A DNA stretch of 64,000 bases from NCBI RefSeq assembly GCF_964194025.1, contig NC_134468.1, positions 42,594,001-42,658,000 on the forward strand. The letters are read 5' to 3'. This DNA comes from Convolutriloba macropyga (lineage: Eukaryota). The notes under the pieces are model-generated. The model saw only the letters and a program-made list of their open reading frames with translations, was not told the origin of the DNA and did no database searches. Shown here one piece after another: positions 39,528-51,006 of this stretch (position 1 is the first letter of the stretch; the number at the start of each line of letters is the position of its first letter). The position numbers and the translations under genes are program-made.

Positions 39528-39970
39528 GTGGAGAATTATTCTAGAACATTCTTTTTTCTAGAATATTTTGACATGATTTTTAAGTTAAAATTAGTTATCA
39601 TTTCCCAAGTAATTACATGTTTTAAAGTAAAATAATAATTAAATCCTTCTATTAAATTGAATGATTTGTATAATCTATTAAAAATTAAATTAAGATTTTA
39701 ATAAATACTCACTTTACTAGCTAATTTTTAAGGGTGACTTACATTCGAAATTTTCACTTGTTTTCATTCTGTTAGTGGTGGTGGCATTCTTTGTCAATGG
39801 CGGCGGCCATTTTAGCATGACATGCACTTTTCATTCGATCTGCTAAGCAGTGTAATGCGATGTTAAACCAAGCTGGTTGACTTCTTGTACTATTAGTGGT
39901 TGCTAAATATGAAAGAAAGCGAACAATAATAGCACAGTCAAAAACACTGAGATCGGTGGAAACACAGTGA

Positions 39971-40204
39971 TTAGTGTTTTTCTATGTCTTCTTGAATACT
40001 ATACTTATAAACATGCTCTCTGAACTGATTTCTTGTGTGACCATATCTATATCTATGAAGATAAATACATAGTCTACATTTCCTATTTCTAAATCTATAT
40101 AATGATATATGTTTATAAACATTACACATACTGCACGTTAGATATTGATCAGGATCAGAATAATGATATCCCAAATGTTCTATATAATCTTTAACCTTAA
40201 CCAT
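39971..40204 (-). CDS. Small Polinton CxxC...CxxC zinc-ribbon protein
   Basis: 77 aa, CSMC and CRLC; A-rich start context (AAAAATATG); divergent from pPolB. Confidence 0.55.
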   Translation of the reverse strand: MVKVKDYIEHLGYHYSDPDQYLTCSMCNVYKHISLYRFRNRKCRLCIYLHRYRYGHTRNQFREHVYKYSIQEDIEKH

Positions 40205-40345
40205 ATTTTTACATACATAACAAGAATATTCTAATTCTTAACAATTATTACAACATTCTTTCCAAGGTTTATTTATGCATTTATTGCATTTCATTTTCAT
40301 TTTTCGAAAAATTAATTTTTGATTATTTCCCTAAATAAATACATC

Positions 40346-43300
40346 ATGTCTCAATCAACTAATACTAGTGTCATAAACTTCTGCGATGTCTGTAATCTAT
40401 CCTTTGAATCAAAGAAGGGTTTATACAGACACCAATCTTATGATCTCAAACATAAGGAACTATTGGAGAAAATGTTTGAGTCTGAAGAAGAAGAAATCTT
40501 GGAGAGGGTGTATAATCCGGATGAAGATGAATATATTATTAAAACTAGGGCTAAAACTAAAACAGAAACTAAATCAGAAACTGAAACTGAAAACAATATC
40601 TATTCTAAGATTAGGTTTATATGTAAAGAATGTCATGAAGAATTTTGAATTAAAGTAGCTCTAACTACTCATTCATATAGTCACAATCGCATGTATCTAG
40701 AAAACACAGAAGACTTCGATATAAACTCAAGTCAGAACATGAGAGAATTTTATATTACTGATAAAGGTGGGAATTACATTGAAGAGATAGATCAAGCAAC
40801 TGATTACTCTTTAGAAGAAATTAAAAACTGTTACCAGTTTCGTAAAGTTAGGAGTTTTAAATATAAGATCACGGCTGAATGTGATTATAAGAAGAGAACC
40901 AAAGAAGAAGAAGTTAAAACTACTAAAATATTTTTCAATACTGATTATATTAATAATAATGCAATATATGAATATGGTGACTTCAATCGGTGGCTAGATT
41001 TCGAAAAGGAAATATATGAAGGTTATGGTTATGATTTTGAGTTTCTTGGAATAAGAAGTATTCAGTTAAACATTGAACCAAGTAAAGCATCTATTGGTAG
41101 TTATATAGATTTACCTCCTAATCTCAAAAACTCTAAATCGATATTAAATATACGTAGGTATAAATACAACTGCTTACAACTAACTATAACTGCTTGGCTA
41201 CATCCCGCCCCACACCATGCAACTCGAGAAAGTAAGTATGTAGATAAACTAATTGAACCAAGACAACAACATGAAGATGGGTATACACACCTTGTGGTAA
41301 TGGTAAAATAGAATTGTTTGAACAAGTGGATGATTTTAATAAAGATAGAAAAGATGTAAGAATACTAGTTTGGAGTAATGGTCAAATAGAACACTGTGCC
41401 CTAATAAAAAATATAGGAACCTTGTTAGAACGACCAAATAAAAACAACATTAAATATTATTATTGTGATAGGTGTACCTATTGGTTTAACTCACAAATTA
41501 AATATGATAAACACAAATGCAGCACCTCATTCAAACCAGAGATTGTTTGTCCTAAGAAAAAACATATTACTTTTGTAAATGAGCACAAACGTCAGAATAT
41601 AAAAAATATTATAACTGCCGATATAGAATGTTGCATTACCGATGTCACAACTAATGACTGTAAATTTGTAATAGCTGAACATATTCCAATAGCTGTGGGT
41701 TACACCTGGCAAGGTAACTTCAAACACTACTTCGGTCTAGGCTGCATCAAAAGATTTGCTAGAGATCTGTTAGAAATAGAAACTGAGAATATTTTCAAAC
41801 ATAATGAAAAGATGATATTCACAGAAGAAGATAAATTATATCATGAAACTAATAACACTTGTCATATCTGCAGCAAAACATGTATTAATAAAGTAAGAGA
41901 TCACTGTCATGAAACTGGTAAATAAAGAGGACCAGCATGTAAAATATGCAATCTAAGATACAAACAACAAAACTTCATTCCAGTAATTTTCCATAATGGC
42001 TCTGGCTATGACTTCAACCTACTATACAGTGAACTCTTTAAACAGAATAATGATAAAAGAAAAGTAGATAACATACCACTAGCTGCTGGTAAATCTAAGA
42101 TGTTTAGCATTGGTTGTCTCAAATTCTTAGACAGTTATAACTTCTTAGCTATGCCTCTAGATCAAATGGCAAAGATATACGGATGTAAAACTAAAACATT
42201 ATATCCATATGAATACTTTGGTTTAGACTCCTATAATAATCTTATAGGTAATCTAAAATTAGAAGACTTCAAATCCTCTCTCTCGAATAAATTACCAACA
42301 CAAGAAGAAGTCGATATCTTTAATAAAGCCAACAGTCATAAAACTGGAAAAGATCTAACTATAGAGTATTTACAGAATGATGTGGAAATTTTAGACTATT
42401 GCATGAATGAATATGTTAAACTAAGTATGAAAGAATTCAAGCTCAATCCACTACATTACGTTAGTCTCCCGGGTTATAGTTTTGATTGTTGGTTAATGTC
42501 AAGCGGTGTAACATTAGATACATTACAAGATAAACAAATGCTAGATGATTTTGTTGGAGCAAAGAGAGGTGTTATATGTGCAATAATGGGTGATAGATAT
42601 ATAGATAACAGTGATGGTAAGACCATATGGTACATAGACAACCTATATGGTTATGCAATGATGCAAAAGTTACCTTATAAGGACTTTCAGTTTACTACTA
42701 CTACTCTAGATCCACGAACGGACTTCGTCCGTGGCAAGCGAAGCGGTTTCCTCGATACAATATTGAATACTCCAGATGATAGTGATCATGGTTACTATAT
42801 AGTTTGTGATATTGATTATACTAATGAATTTAAAGAGAGAACAGAACAGTTAGCACTAATGCCTAATAAGAGAAAGATAAATGATAATGAATTGGGATAC
42901 CGACAAAGAGAGAAAAGTAAAGCAAGATCCGAGAAATTAATCTTAGACCAAAACAAAAAAACAGAATATATGGTTCATTATAGGATGTTAAAGTTCTATG
43001 CTAAGATGGGAGTAAAAGTAACAAAAATACATAGAGTAATTAAATTTTAACAAGACTACATATGTAGAGATTATATCCAAAACAACACTAACAAAAAAAC
43101 AACAGCTAAAACTGAAGCAGAGAAGGATGTAAGGAAACTAATGAACAACTCACTATATGGAAGAATGTGCATGAATCCCTTACACTTCTTTCAAAGCAAG
43201 TTCTTGCATGATGAAGAAAAGATAATGAAAAGTATAAGTAAACCAACATTTAAGAATATAACTAGATATAAGGATTATAGCCAAATTGAATATATAAAGA

Positions 43301-44019
43301 AAAAAATAGAATATGACTCTCCAGCATATGTAGGTGTTACTATATTAGAATTAAGTAATTTACACATGTATGATGTATTCTATAATATTCTACAACCATC
43401 TCTCAAAAATCTACAACTCCATTATATGGATACTGATAGTTTTGTATTAAGTTTTACTGAAGGTAATGTCGACAATGAACACATGGATTTAAGTAATCTA
43501 GAGCCCCCTATCAAAACAAATAATAAAGTGCCTGGTAATTTCAAACATGAAATGGGAAGTAAGATCATAGAAGAGTTTGTGGCCTTAACACCAAAGACAT
43601 ATAGCTTTAAAGATTATCCCAACAAAACTGAAGAGAAAGGAATAAAGAATTGTAACAATGCTAAACATGAGGAGTATTATAATGCACTAATGTATAACAC
43701 AGAGAGAAGTGTAGATGAATGTAGAATACAAAAAGTTGGTGATAACATGACAACAACAAAAACAAGTAAGATAAGTCTAAACACATTTAATGATAAAAAA
43801 TTTTATGTAAATAATATTAAAAGCTATCCTCATGATGAGAATCTATATCTATTCAAAGGAGATTTAATAAAAATGATCCGCCAAGCATCAGTGAAACTGC
43901 TTCGCAGATCATTAGATGGAGACAAAGACCTACTGGTTAATAATATTCTAGAACTAACCATTAATGATGATAGAAAGTTGATTGAAGTTGCTATTATATT
44001 ATATAATGAGCTTTGTTAA
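40346..44019 (+). pseudogene. Protein-primed family B DNA polymerase with N-terminal C2H2 fingers and HNH/EndoVII-like insert; disrupted
   Basis: ExoI ADIEC, RDHCHETGK*RGPAC..CN insert, ExoII FHNGSGYDF, ExoIII YLQNDV, Pol A YID-NLYGYAM, Pol B KLMNNSLYG, Pol C YMDTDS; in-frame stops at 40646, 41923, 43048 and a break near 41280-41314. Confidence 0.93.
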
Positions 44020-44035
44020 TTTTTATAACAAATAA

Positions 44036-44356
44036 TTATAGACCTAATTCATTCATTACTTCCATATGGTTGGTAGTTAGTATATTATAAATCATTATCT
44101 GAGCCATATATTTTTCCATAATGTCTCCCATGATTGTATTCTTATGTAGTGTAGCTCCAGCTATTATATTTTTTTTATATTCTAGAAATTTTATTATCTT
44201 CCCAGCCGCATCTACATATTTAGAATAAATTGAAATTCTTAAATCATCATGATTTGGTTCCTTAATATGATCAATAAACTCATCTATAGTATTACAATGT
44301 CTTTTACAAGCTAAACATTTTTTTAGATTAAGAGAGAAGCTGTTTTCATTATCCAT
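44036..44356 (-). CDS. Polinton hypothetical protein with CxxC...H...H zinc-finger-like motif
   Basis: 106-aa intact ORF, CLACKRHC..F..HIKEPNH; AAAAAATG start. Confidence 0.6.
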   Translation of the reverse strand: MDNENSFSLNLKKCLACKRHCNTIDEFIDHIKEPNHDDLRISIYSKYVDAAGKIIKFLEYKKNIIAGATLHKNTIMGDIMEKYMAQIMIYNILTTNHMEVMNELGL

Positions 44357-44392
44357 TTTTTACTCTTATTATAATTTTTCAATACATAAAAA

Positions 44393-46254
44393 ATGACTAA
44401 ACTAGATAAACTTATAGAATTAAACAATCTAGACAAACAAAACAGAAGAAATAGATTAGAAGATAAATTAAAACAACAAGAATATTATTGTGAAATAGAA
44501 GAGTTATTCGATCCTTTAACTAAAACTTTAAATGAAAACACTGAACGGAATCTAGCATTAGGTGAACAAACATTAAGAGCAATAGATTGGCAAAATCAAG
44601 AGTTAGATAAACAAACTAAGATGATCGAGCAAGCTGGTTCCCAGTTTAATGAAACTGCTTCCAAGATTGGTGAAACGTTAAAGGGGACTCAAGATATAGC
44701 ACCAGTTTTTGTAGATACAAAGACAGCCAAACTTCTTCATGACATGGGGGCTCAAACTAATCCTCAATTAAAATTAGAACTCATAGATTTACCTACTAGG
44801 AGATATAAAATGAATGGTGTTGATATAACTCTAGAGAAGAGTGCATTTTTAGTTAGGGATAATGTATATGAGTTTTCAGAAGGATTTACTGATTTTCTTA
44901 CTAAATCAATTGTAACATATGATGATAATATTGAGGAAGATGAAAACAAAATTAAAAGGTTTTTAAAGGATATTAGATATGATTTAGTAAAGGGGATAAG
45001 AAAAGCGGTAGATATAGAACAATAAAACGTATAATGGAGGTAAAAGATGACGTATTTGGCAGGGGTTTAAATAGCAACCCAAACCCAAATAGTTTAATAG
45101 AAAGATTAGAATTATTAATACTGGAAACAAAAGCTGGTCATGATGGATTATATGATAAAATGCTAGATGTATCTAAGCAACTATTATCTATGAATATTAT
45201 TAATCAAGACCAACAAGATAATTTTGTTTTTAACTACGGTAAAATAGGTGAAATCATGACTACGTCCATGAGCAAGCTCACAACTTCGTTGATCAGTGGA
45301 CCTGCTTTGCAGATAGGTGAAACCATGACTACATCCAAAAAAAATGTGGAAAAACAACAAAAACAACAACAACAACATCAACAACAACTAGCTAAAGAAG
45401 TAATCAGTCCTCAAATAACAAAGTTTAAAAGACAAAGAATAATACCACTATATAAAGATGAAACATGGTCAGCTGATTTAATTGATAAGTCATTTCTAAG
45501 TAAATACAATAATAATTATAAGTTTATATTAACAGTTATAGATATATTCACAAAATATGCATCGGCTATTCCATTAAAGAATAAATCTGGTTTATCTATA
45601 ACTAATGGTTTTAAAACAATCCTATCAGAAGGACGAAAACCAGAAAAGTTATGGGTAGATAGAGGTAGTGAGTATTACAATAAAACATTTATATCTTTAC
45701 TTAAAGAATATGAAACCGGCAAAGCCGCTTCAGGGATATAGCTATATTCTACTTATAGTGATTTAAAGGCTGTGTTTATAGAGAGATTCAATAGAACAAT
45801 ATTACATATAATAAATAAACCAATGTTCATCAATGGTGATGGTAATTGGGTAAATATATTAAATGATGCGGTCATAACATATAACAATAACATTCATTCA
45901 ACAACTAATATGACACCAGTTGATGCTTCTAATAATCCTGATAATGTTAAATACACTTTTAGTTTTAAGAATATTAAACCCAAACTTAACGTTGGTGATT
46001 ATGTTAGAAATGTAGATAAACGTAATATCTTCTCTAAAGGTTACGCTTCTAATTGGAATAGAGAATTGGTTAAAGTTAATGAAGTTCTAAAAACACAACC
46101 ACCAACTTATAAAATAGGAGATATTAATGGTGAGAAAATAGAAGGTAAATATTACGAACAGGAATTATTAAAATCTGAGTTTGATTTTGAATCTAATAAT
46201 AAAGTTTTAGAATCATTAAATATATTTCTTAAAATTAATAATGACAAGAAATAG
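44393..46254 (+). pseudogene. Retroviral-type (rve, DDE) integrase, probably fused to an upstream coiled-coil/core-like domain; one frameshift (~44990) and one stop (45739)
   Basis: WSADLID, VIDIFTKY, LWVDRGSEYYN, IERFNRTI catalytic motifs; C-terminal VGDYVR..KGY..NW..YYEQEL domain; upstream LFDPLTK and LIERLELL..KAG segments. Confidence 0.9.
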
Positions 46255-46951
46255 ATTCAATCAAGCTAAACATAAATCAACATCAACATCAACAAACAAC
46301 TTAACACTAAGTAAGGCTCCTGGGTTATTCCTAGAAGATAATGATGATATTGATATGAAGGATACCTATAAAATTACAAATGTTCATCCTCCTAGAGATG
46401 AAAAAGATGTTGTTAATAAAGAGTATTGTGACAATAACTTATTATCCTCTTCTAATAAAATAGACATTTTAAGTAGAAACATAACTGAACTAAGAAAGGG
46501 TGACTTTGATAAAGTTACAACTAAAACGTTACAACTAAATGAAACACAAGTTAATGAAGAACTAATTAATGGGTTTATTGAATCAACAAATGAAGTCAGA
46601 AATACTGTTAAGTTTTGTAATAAAGTTGCTGCAGATACTATCTCTAAATATAATTATTTGAAGCAAGAATTTGATAAGATTAAGTTTAATCAGAATATAA
46701 CTAACATACACTTAGATGAAATGTTTACTAACGGTCTGAGAGAAATGAAAGAATACAATAAATCTCTTAGAGGTGTTATAGTACAATATATAATTGCTAT
46801 ACTTTTACAAACTAAGTTACTTGATAATAAAGAGAAAGACAGACTTGAGATGCATTATAGTTTTAATCGAGAAGATATAATGAAAGAAATAGAAAGAATT
46901 TTTACTAATGAAAATCAGCAAAGCAATGACCAATCCAACAGCACCGAGTGA
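46241..46951 (+). CDS. Polinton protein with fibre-repeat-like motif
   Basis: DIDMKDTYKITNVHPPRDEKDVVNKEYCD resembles the D-A/V-x-N-K-x-Y-V-D fibre repeat; intact 236-aa ORF. Confidence 0.55.
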   Translation: MTRNRFNQAKHKSTSTSTNNLTLSKAPGLFLEDNDDIDMKDTYKITNVHPPRDEKDVVNKEYCDNNLLSSSNKIDILSRNITELRKGDFDKVTTKTLQLNETQVNEELINGFIESTNEVRNTVKFCNKVAADTISKYNYLKQEFDKIKFNQNITNIHLDEMFTNGLREMKEYNKSLRGVIVQYIIAILLQTKLLDNKEKDRLEMHYSFNREDIMKEIERIFTNENQQSNDQSNSTE

Positions 46952-47474
46952 GAGATTACTATATCCAGATTTGTCATCAGTATCAGAAAGATTAATAAAC
47001 GAAAAGATACAAGCTAATAATAAATTCAACAATAATATTAACATTATAAAAGATATTAGAAATTATTATAAAACTGAAACTAATAACTATAATAAGAAGT
47101 TAAGTAGATATAAGAATTATATTAACATAGCTGAGATAACAGAAATAGTATTATCATCAATAGCAACAACTGCAACAACAACATCAGTTTCATTAACATG
47201 TATAGGGTTAGCTTATTCTATACCAACAGCTTTTGCTACAGCAACTGTTTGTGGTTCATTATCAAAAACAATTAATACTAAAATTAGAAATAAAATTATA
47301 AAGTATTCACAAATGTATATTTCAAGTAAACAGTTTAGTGATAAATTTAATAAACTATATACTAAATCAATAAATGATAATAAAATAGATAATGATGAGT
47401 ATATTGATTTTGTTAAGTTATATGAGGATTATAAGAAGAATAAGAAAAACAGGCTGAGTATTTTTTTAGATTAA
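46926..47474 (+). CDS. Polinton helical/hydrophobic protein with N-terminal PTAP and LYPDL motifs
   Basis: MTNPTAPSERLLYPDL, coiled coil, then a ~45-aa uncharged stretch (IVLSSIATT...TVCGSL). Confidence 0.7.
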   Translation: MTNPTAPSERLLYPDLSSVSERLINEKIQANNKFNNNINIIKDIRNYYKTETNNYNKKLSRYKNYINIAEITEIVLSSIATTATTTSVSLTCIGLAYSIPTAFATATVCGSLSKTINTKIRNKIIKYSQMYISSKQFSDKFNKLYTKSINDNKIDNDEYIDFVKLYEDYKKNKKNRLSIFLD

Positions 47475-47608
47475 AGATATTAGTGCTTAGTAATAACAAT
47501 GTTTTTAGTTATAATAATATTAGTATTAATATTTATCGATAAATATATAATCATAATCTTAGTTATAATCATAATCATAAACATAATATAATCATAATAT
47601 AATCATAA

Positions 47609-48064
47609 TCATAAACATAATATAATCATAATTATAATCAAATAATTATCTTTTTTTGTACCTAAGTATAACCCTCTTCCTTTTTGTACTAATTTTATAC
47701 CTTCACCAGTAGTTGCAAATTTAATTAAATCAGGTTTGGCTGCTAAAGCAGCTCTAGGGTTTCTAGATGCAGCTGCACTTCCTATTTTACTTGCTATTTC
47801 TAATGCTCTTACTGGATTATGAGCTGCCTTCTTTCCAAAGTTAACTGTAGCCCTAACAACACTTTTAAAGAAATCTTTAAGTACTTCTGCTTCTATTGTT
47901 GCATCAGATACTGTCATTGATTTATTCCTTCTACATAAAACACAATTACCTTTTAACATCTTAGTTTCTTTTGAAGTAATAGCTCCTCTTATATTAACAG
48001 AACCACTGTAATGTCTACCTCCAACACAATATGAATTAGTTTTGAACTTATTTAAAAGACTCAT
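47609..48064 (-). CDS. Putative virion core/membrane-active protein (zinc ribbon + amphipathic helix + GxG motifs)
   Basis: YC....H...GNCVLCRRNKS zinc-ribbon-like N-terminus; LKDFFKSVVRATVNFGKKAA amphipathic helix; GEGI and KGRGLYL. Confidence 0.65.
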   Translation of the reverse strand: MSLLNKFKTNSYCVGGRHYSGSVNIRGAITSKETKMLKGNCVLCRRNKSMTVSDATIEAEVLKDFFKSVVRATVNFGKKAAHNPVRALEIASKIGSAAASRNPRAALAAKPDLIKFATTGEGIKLVQKGRGLYLGTKKDNYLIIIMIILCL

Positions 48065-48082
48065 TTCTATATATAAAAAATA

Positions 48083-48244
48083 ATGGAAGTTAAAAAGTAT
48101 AATCCCTTTGTTGTTATTAAGCCTAAGCCTACGGGTTCCACCCGCGAGCGAAGCTCGAAGACTGAGCCTAAGCCTAAGGTTAAGCCCAAGCCCAAGGTTA
48201 AGCTTGAAGCTAGAGGCTTGGCTCTAGAGAATAAAAAAAATTAG
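48083..48244 (+). CDS. Small basic KP-repeat peptide (possibly frameshifted)
   Basis: MEVKKYNPFVVIKPKP...EPKPKVKPKPKVK; TATATAAAAAATAATG start context; below ORF-track cutoff. Confidence 0.35.
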   Translation: MEVKKYNPFVVIKPKPTGSTRERSSKTEPKPKVKPKPKVKLEARGLALENKKN

Positions 48245-48496
48245 ACATTATTTATGCTAAAGGTTTTGTTAATACTAATAAGAAATAGTTAGGTATTAAC
48301 AAGAGTAACAATTAGAGCTGACTAGCTATAAATATAAGTATAAGTATATGGTTATGTATAAGTATTAGTATATAATTATAACAATAACTATATTATACTA
48401 TAATTATAAATTATCGCTAGAGTTATATCTAAAATTATAATTATCGCTAGAGTTATATCTATGATATACCTTCACCTTATATCTATGATATACCTT

Positions 48497-49901
48497 CTAC
48501 GAGATTATATCAACCATCTTAATACCATCACTATTCACACTAATAACCTTCCTAGTTAATACTAATGCATGACATATAACATCTGCAACTGCAGCACTAA
48601 ATTTAAAATTAAGTTGTATTGGTTGTTGTTGTACACACCATGATATATCTCTAATTTCTATATTACCATCATTGGCAACTGCACCAGGATTAGCATTAAC
48701 TCTATATAGAGCTCTATCATTATTATTCCTTTTTAATTTTAGTTTAAATCCTAAACCATATATAAGCTTTTCTAAATCATTTACGAAACCAAATAGATCA
48801 CTTTGATATCGAGTATCAAATACATATATTCTATAACTACTCTTGAATGTTCTATGATTTATATATGGTTTTTTATTATGTGGTAGCCCATTATAGTCTT
48901 TATTAAAGCTAACAATCTCTTTAAAAGCATCATTATAATTATTAGTTCCATAATTAATATTTATTCTATCCTCGGGATAAAAACCCACTACCAATCTTAC
49001 AATAACATTCAGTAACATTCATTACATCAAATGTACTTGCATCATGAGTTAGCTCATTAACATTATTATTTTCAAAACCAACTATAATATATTGTGGTCT
49101 TTCCATACCACTTTCCATACCTAGATCAAACAAGAAGTTAGTAGCATTGGGTACATTCTTATAAAATGTCTTCCTTTCATAATAACTAAAGTCTACATTA
49201 TTCTTTTTATTCAAAACCCTTTTGCACAATAATTCTATTGTCATTACTAGGATCAATACTAGGTACACAACATGATATATCTCTAATTTCTATATTACCA
49301 TCATTGGCAACTGCACCAGGTTTAGCATTAACTCTATATAGAGCTCTATCATTATTATTCCTTTTTAATATTAGTTTAAATCCTAAACCATATATAATCT
49401 TTTCTAAATCATTTACGAAACCAAATAGATCACTCATTCTTAATCATCATATACATATGTCCTCGTTGTGCAGCAATATGGTCACCTCTAAGTTGACTAT
49501 CTCTATTGCCCTGATTTCTAACAAAACCACTCATATTCATCACCAGTACTAGTTAATAATTTATATATCAATAGATTGGGATGACAATGATCTATATATT
49601 CAATAGTCCTACCACCACTAGTCTCAAGTTTAATTGAACTGAATAATGCCATCATACCATAATTAACTAATCTAATATCAGCAAATATCATTAGCAAATA
49701 CACCACCAGCATAATCTGATACAACTCTATCTCTAGATTTGAATCACGCAAATTTAGGTGACTCTCTTCTCTATTGAGTATGATATTAATATTGGTATTA
49801 ACCGTATTCATTGTTGCTAGATTATTAGGTTTATATTTTATAATCTTACTTTTATGTATATCATTATTATAACCATAAGTTGTATCCAAATTAAAATCCA
49901 T
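48497..49901 (-). pseudogene. Major capsid protein (double jelly-roll), frameshifted, with a 172-bp internal duplication
   Basis: Collinear fragments: LVNYGMMALFSSIKL..IEYID; LFGFVNDLEKIIYGLGFKLIL.RNNND; PQYIIVGF..STFD; YPED; IYVFDTRYQ; PIQLNF..HALVL. These match the Polinton/adintovirus MCP pattern. Confidence 0.82.
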
Positions 49902-49917
49902 TTTTATTAGATAAAAA

Positions 49918-50759
49918 ATGAGAGACAATTTAATGTTAAGAGAACTACAAAATATACACGAAGCTTTAACTGAAACTAAAGAAGAGTATACACTTAACTT
50001 TAGAATGATAAAACTAACAGAAAAGTTTAACTTTAGTGAACCTATACTTAATACAACAAAATTAGGTTCAATTAGATTATCTGTTTATAATTCGGTGTTT
50101 AATGTGAATAGGAGAAATAATCAATTCTTATATGCTAGTACTGTTATAGAAGATGATGAAGCTTTACCTCGGGTTCTCAGCTCTGTTCCTAACCTTAACC
50201 CTATCTCTACCTCAAGCCCAAACATTAAATCTATACTTAACCATAATTATAAAGGAATCCCGTTGCTATATTCAACTATTACACCGGGAGCATATGAGTT
50301 AACTGACATAGCAGAATTAATAAAAGAAGAAATTGATGGTAATGTTGTAATAGAACCTGATAAGAATACGATGAAATGTTTAATGGAAATAAAACAAGGA
50401 GCACTCAGCTTTGATATAGAAAACTCACTAGCCTCATTCTAGGATTTGGAAAAATAATTTATAAAAAAGGTAGATATAAATCTCAGAAAATTATTGATAT
50501 TATGGGTTTTAGTACTATTAACATTCATTGTAATGTGATATCTGGAGCTAAAGATAATGGTAAAGATACAGACATACTATATACTTTTAATCTAACTGAA
50601 CCACCAGGTTACTTGATAAATATAATACCAACTATTATCTTGTATCAAAATGTAAATAAAGATAGAATAGAATATATAGAATTTCATATTAAAGATGAGC
50701 ATGGAAGACCTATAGACTTTAATGGTGATGTATTAAGTTTTACTTTACATTTGATTTAG
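49918..50759 (+). pseudogene. Minor capsid protein (penton, single jelly-roll), one frameshift ~50440
   Basis: YNSVFNV..NNQF, ITPGAYEL, LGF, INIHCNVISG, PPGYLI..P..Y, DEHGRPIDFNG motifs. Confidence 0.85.
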
Positions 50760-51005
50760 ACTTATACTTATACTTACACTTAGACTTATCTGTGAAGCAG
50801 GTTCCCTGATACTTATACCTATAGTTATTTGCGAAGCAGGTTCCCGATACTTAGACTTGTACTTAGACTTACACTTATCTGCGAAGCGGGTTCCCTGATA
50901 CTTAAACTTATACTTATCTGCGAATCAGGTTCCCGATACTTAGACTTGTACTTAGACTTACACTTATCTGCGAAGCGGGTTCCCTGATACTTAAACTTAA
51001 ACTAA
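50760..51005. repeat. Convergent intergenic array: hexamer repeats alternating with 25-bp GCGAAGC-hairpin units
   Basis: (ACTTAG/ACTTAT)n interleaved with 5 copies of TATCTGCGAAGC(A/G)GGTTCCC(T)GATA. Confidence 0.8.
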
Positions 51006-51006
51006 A

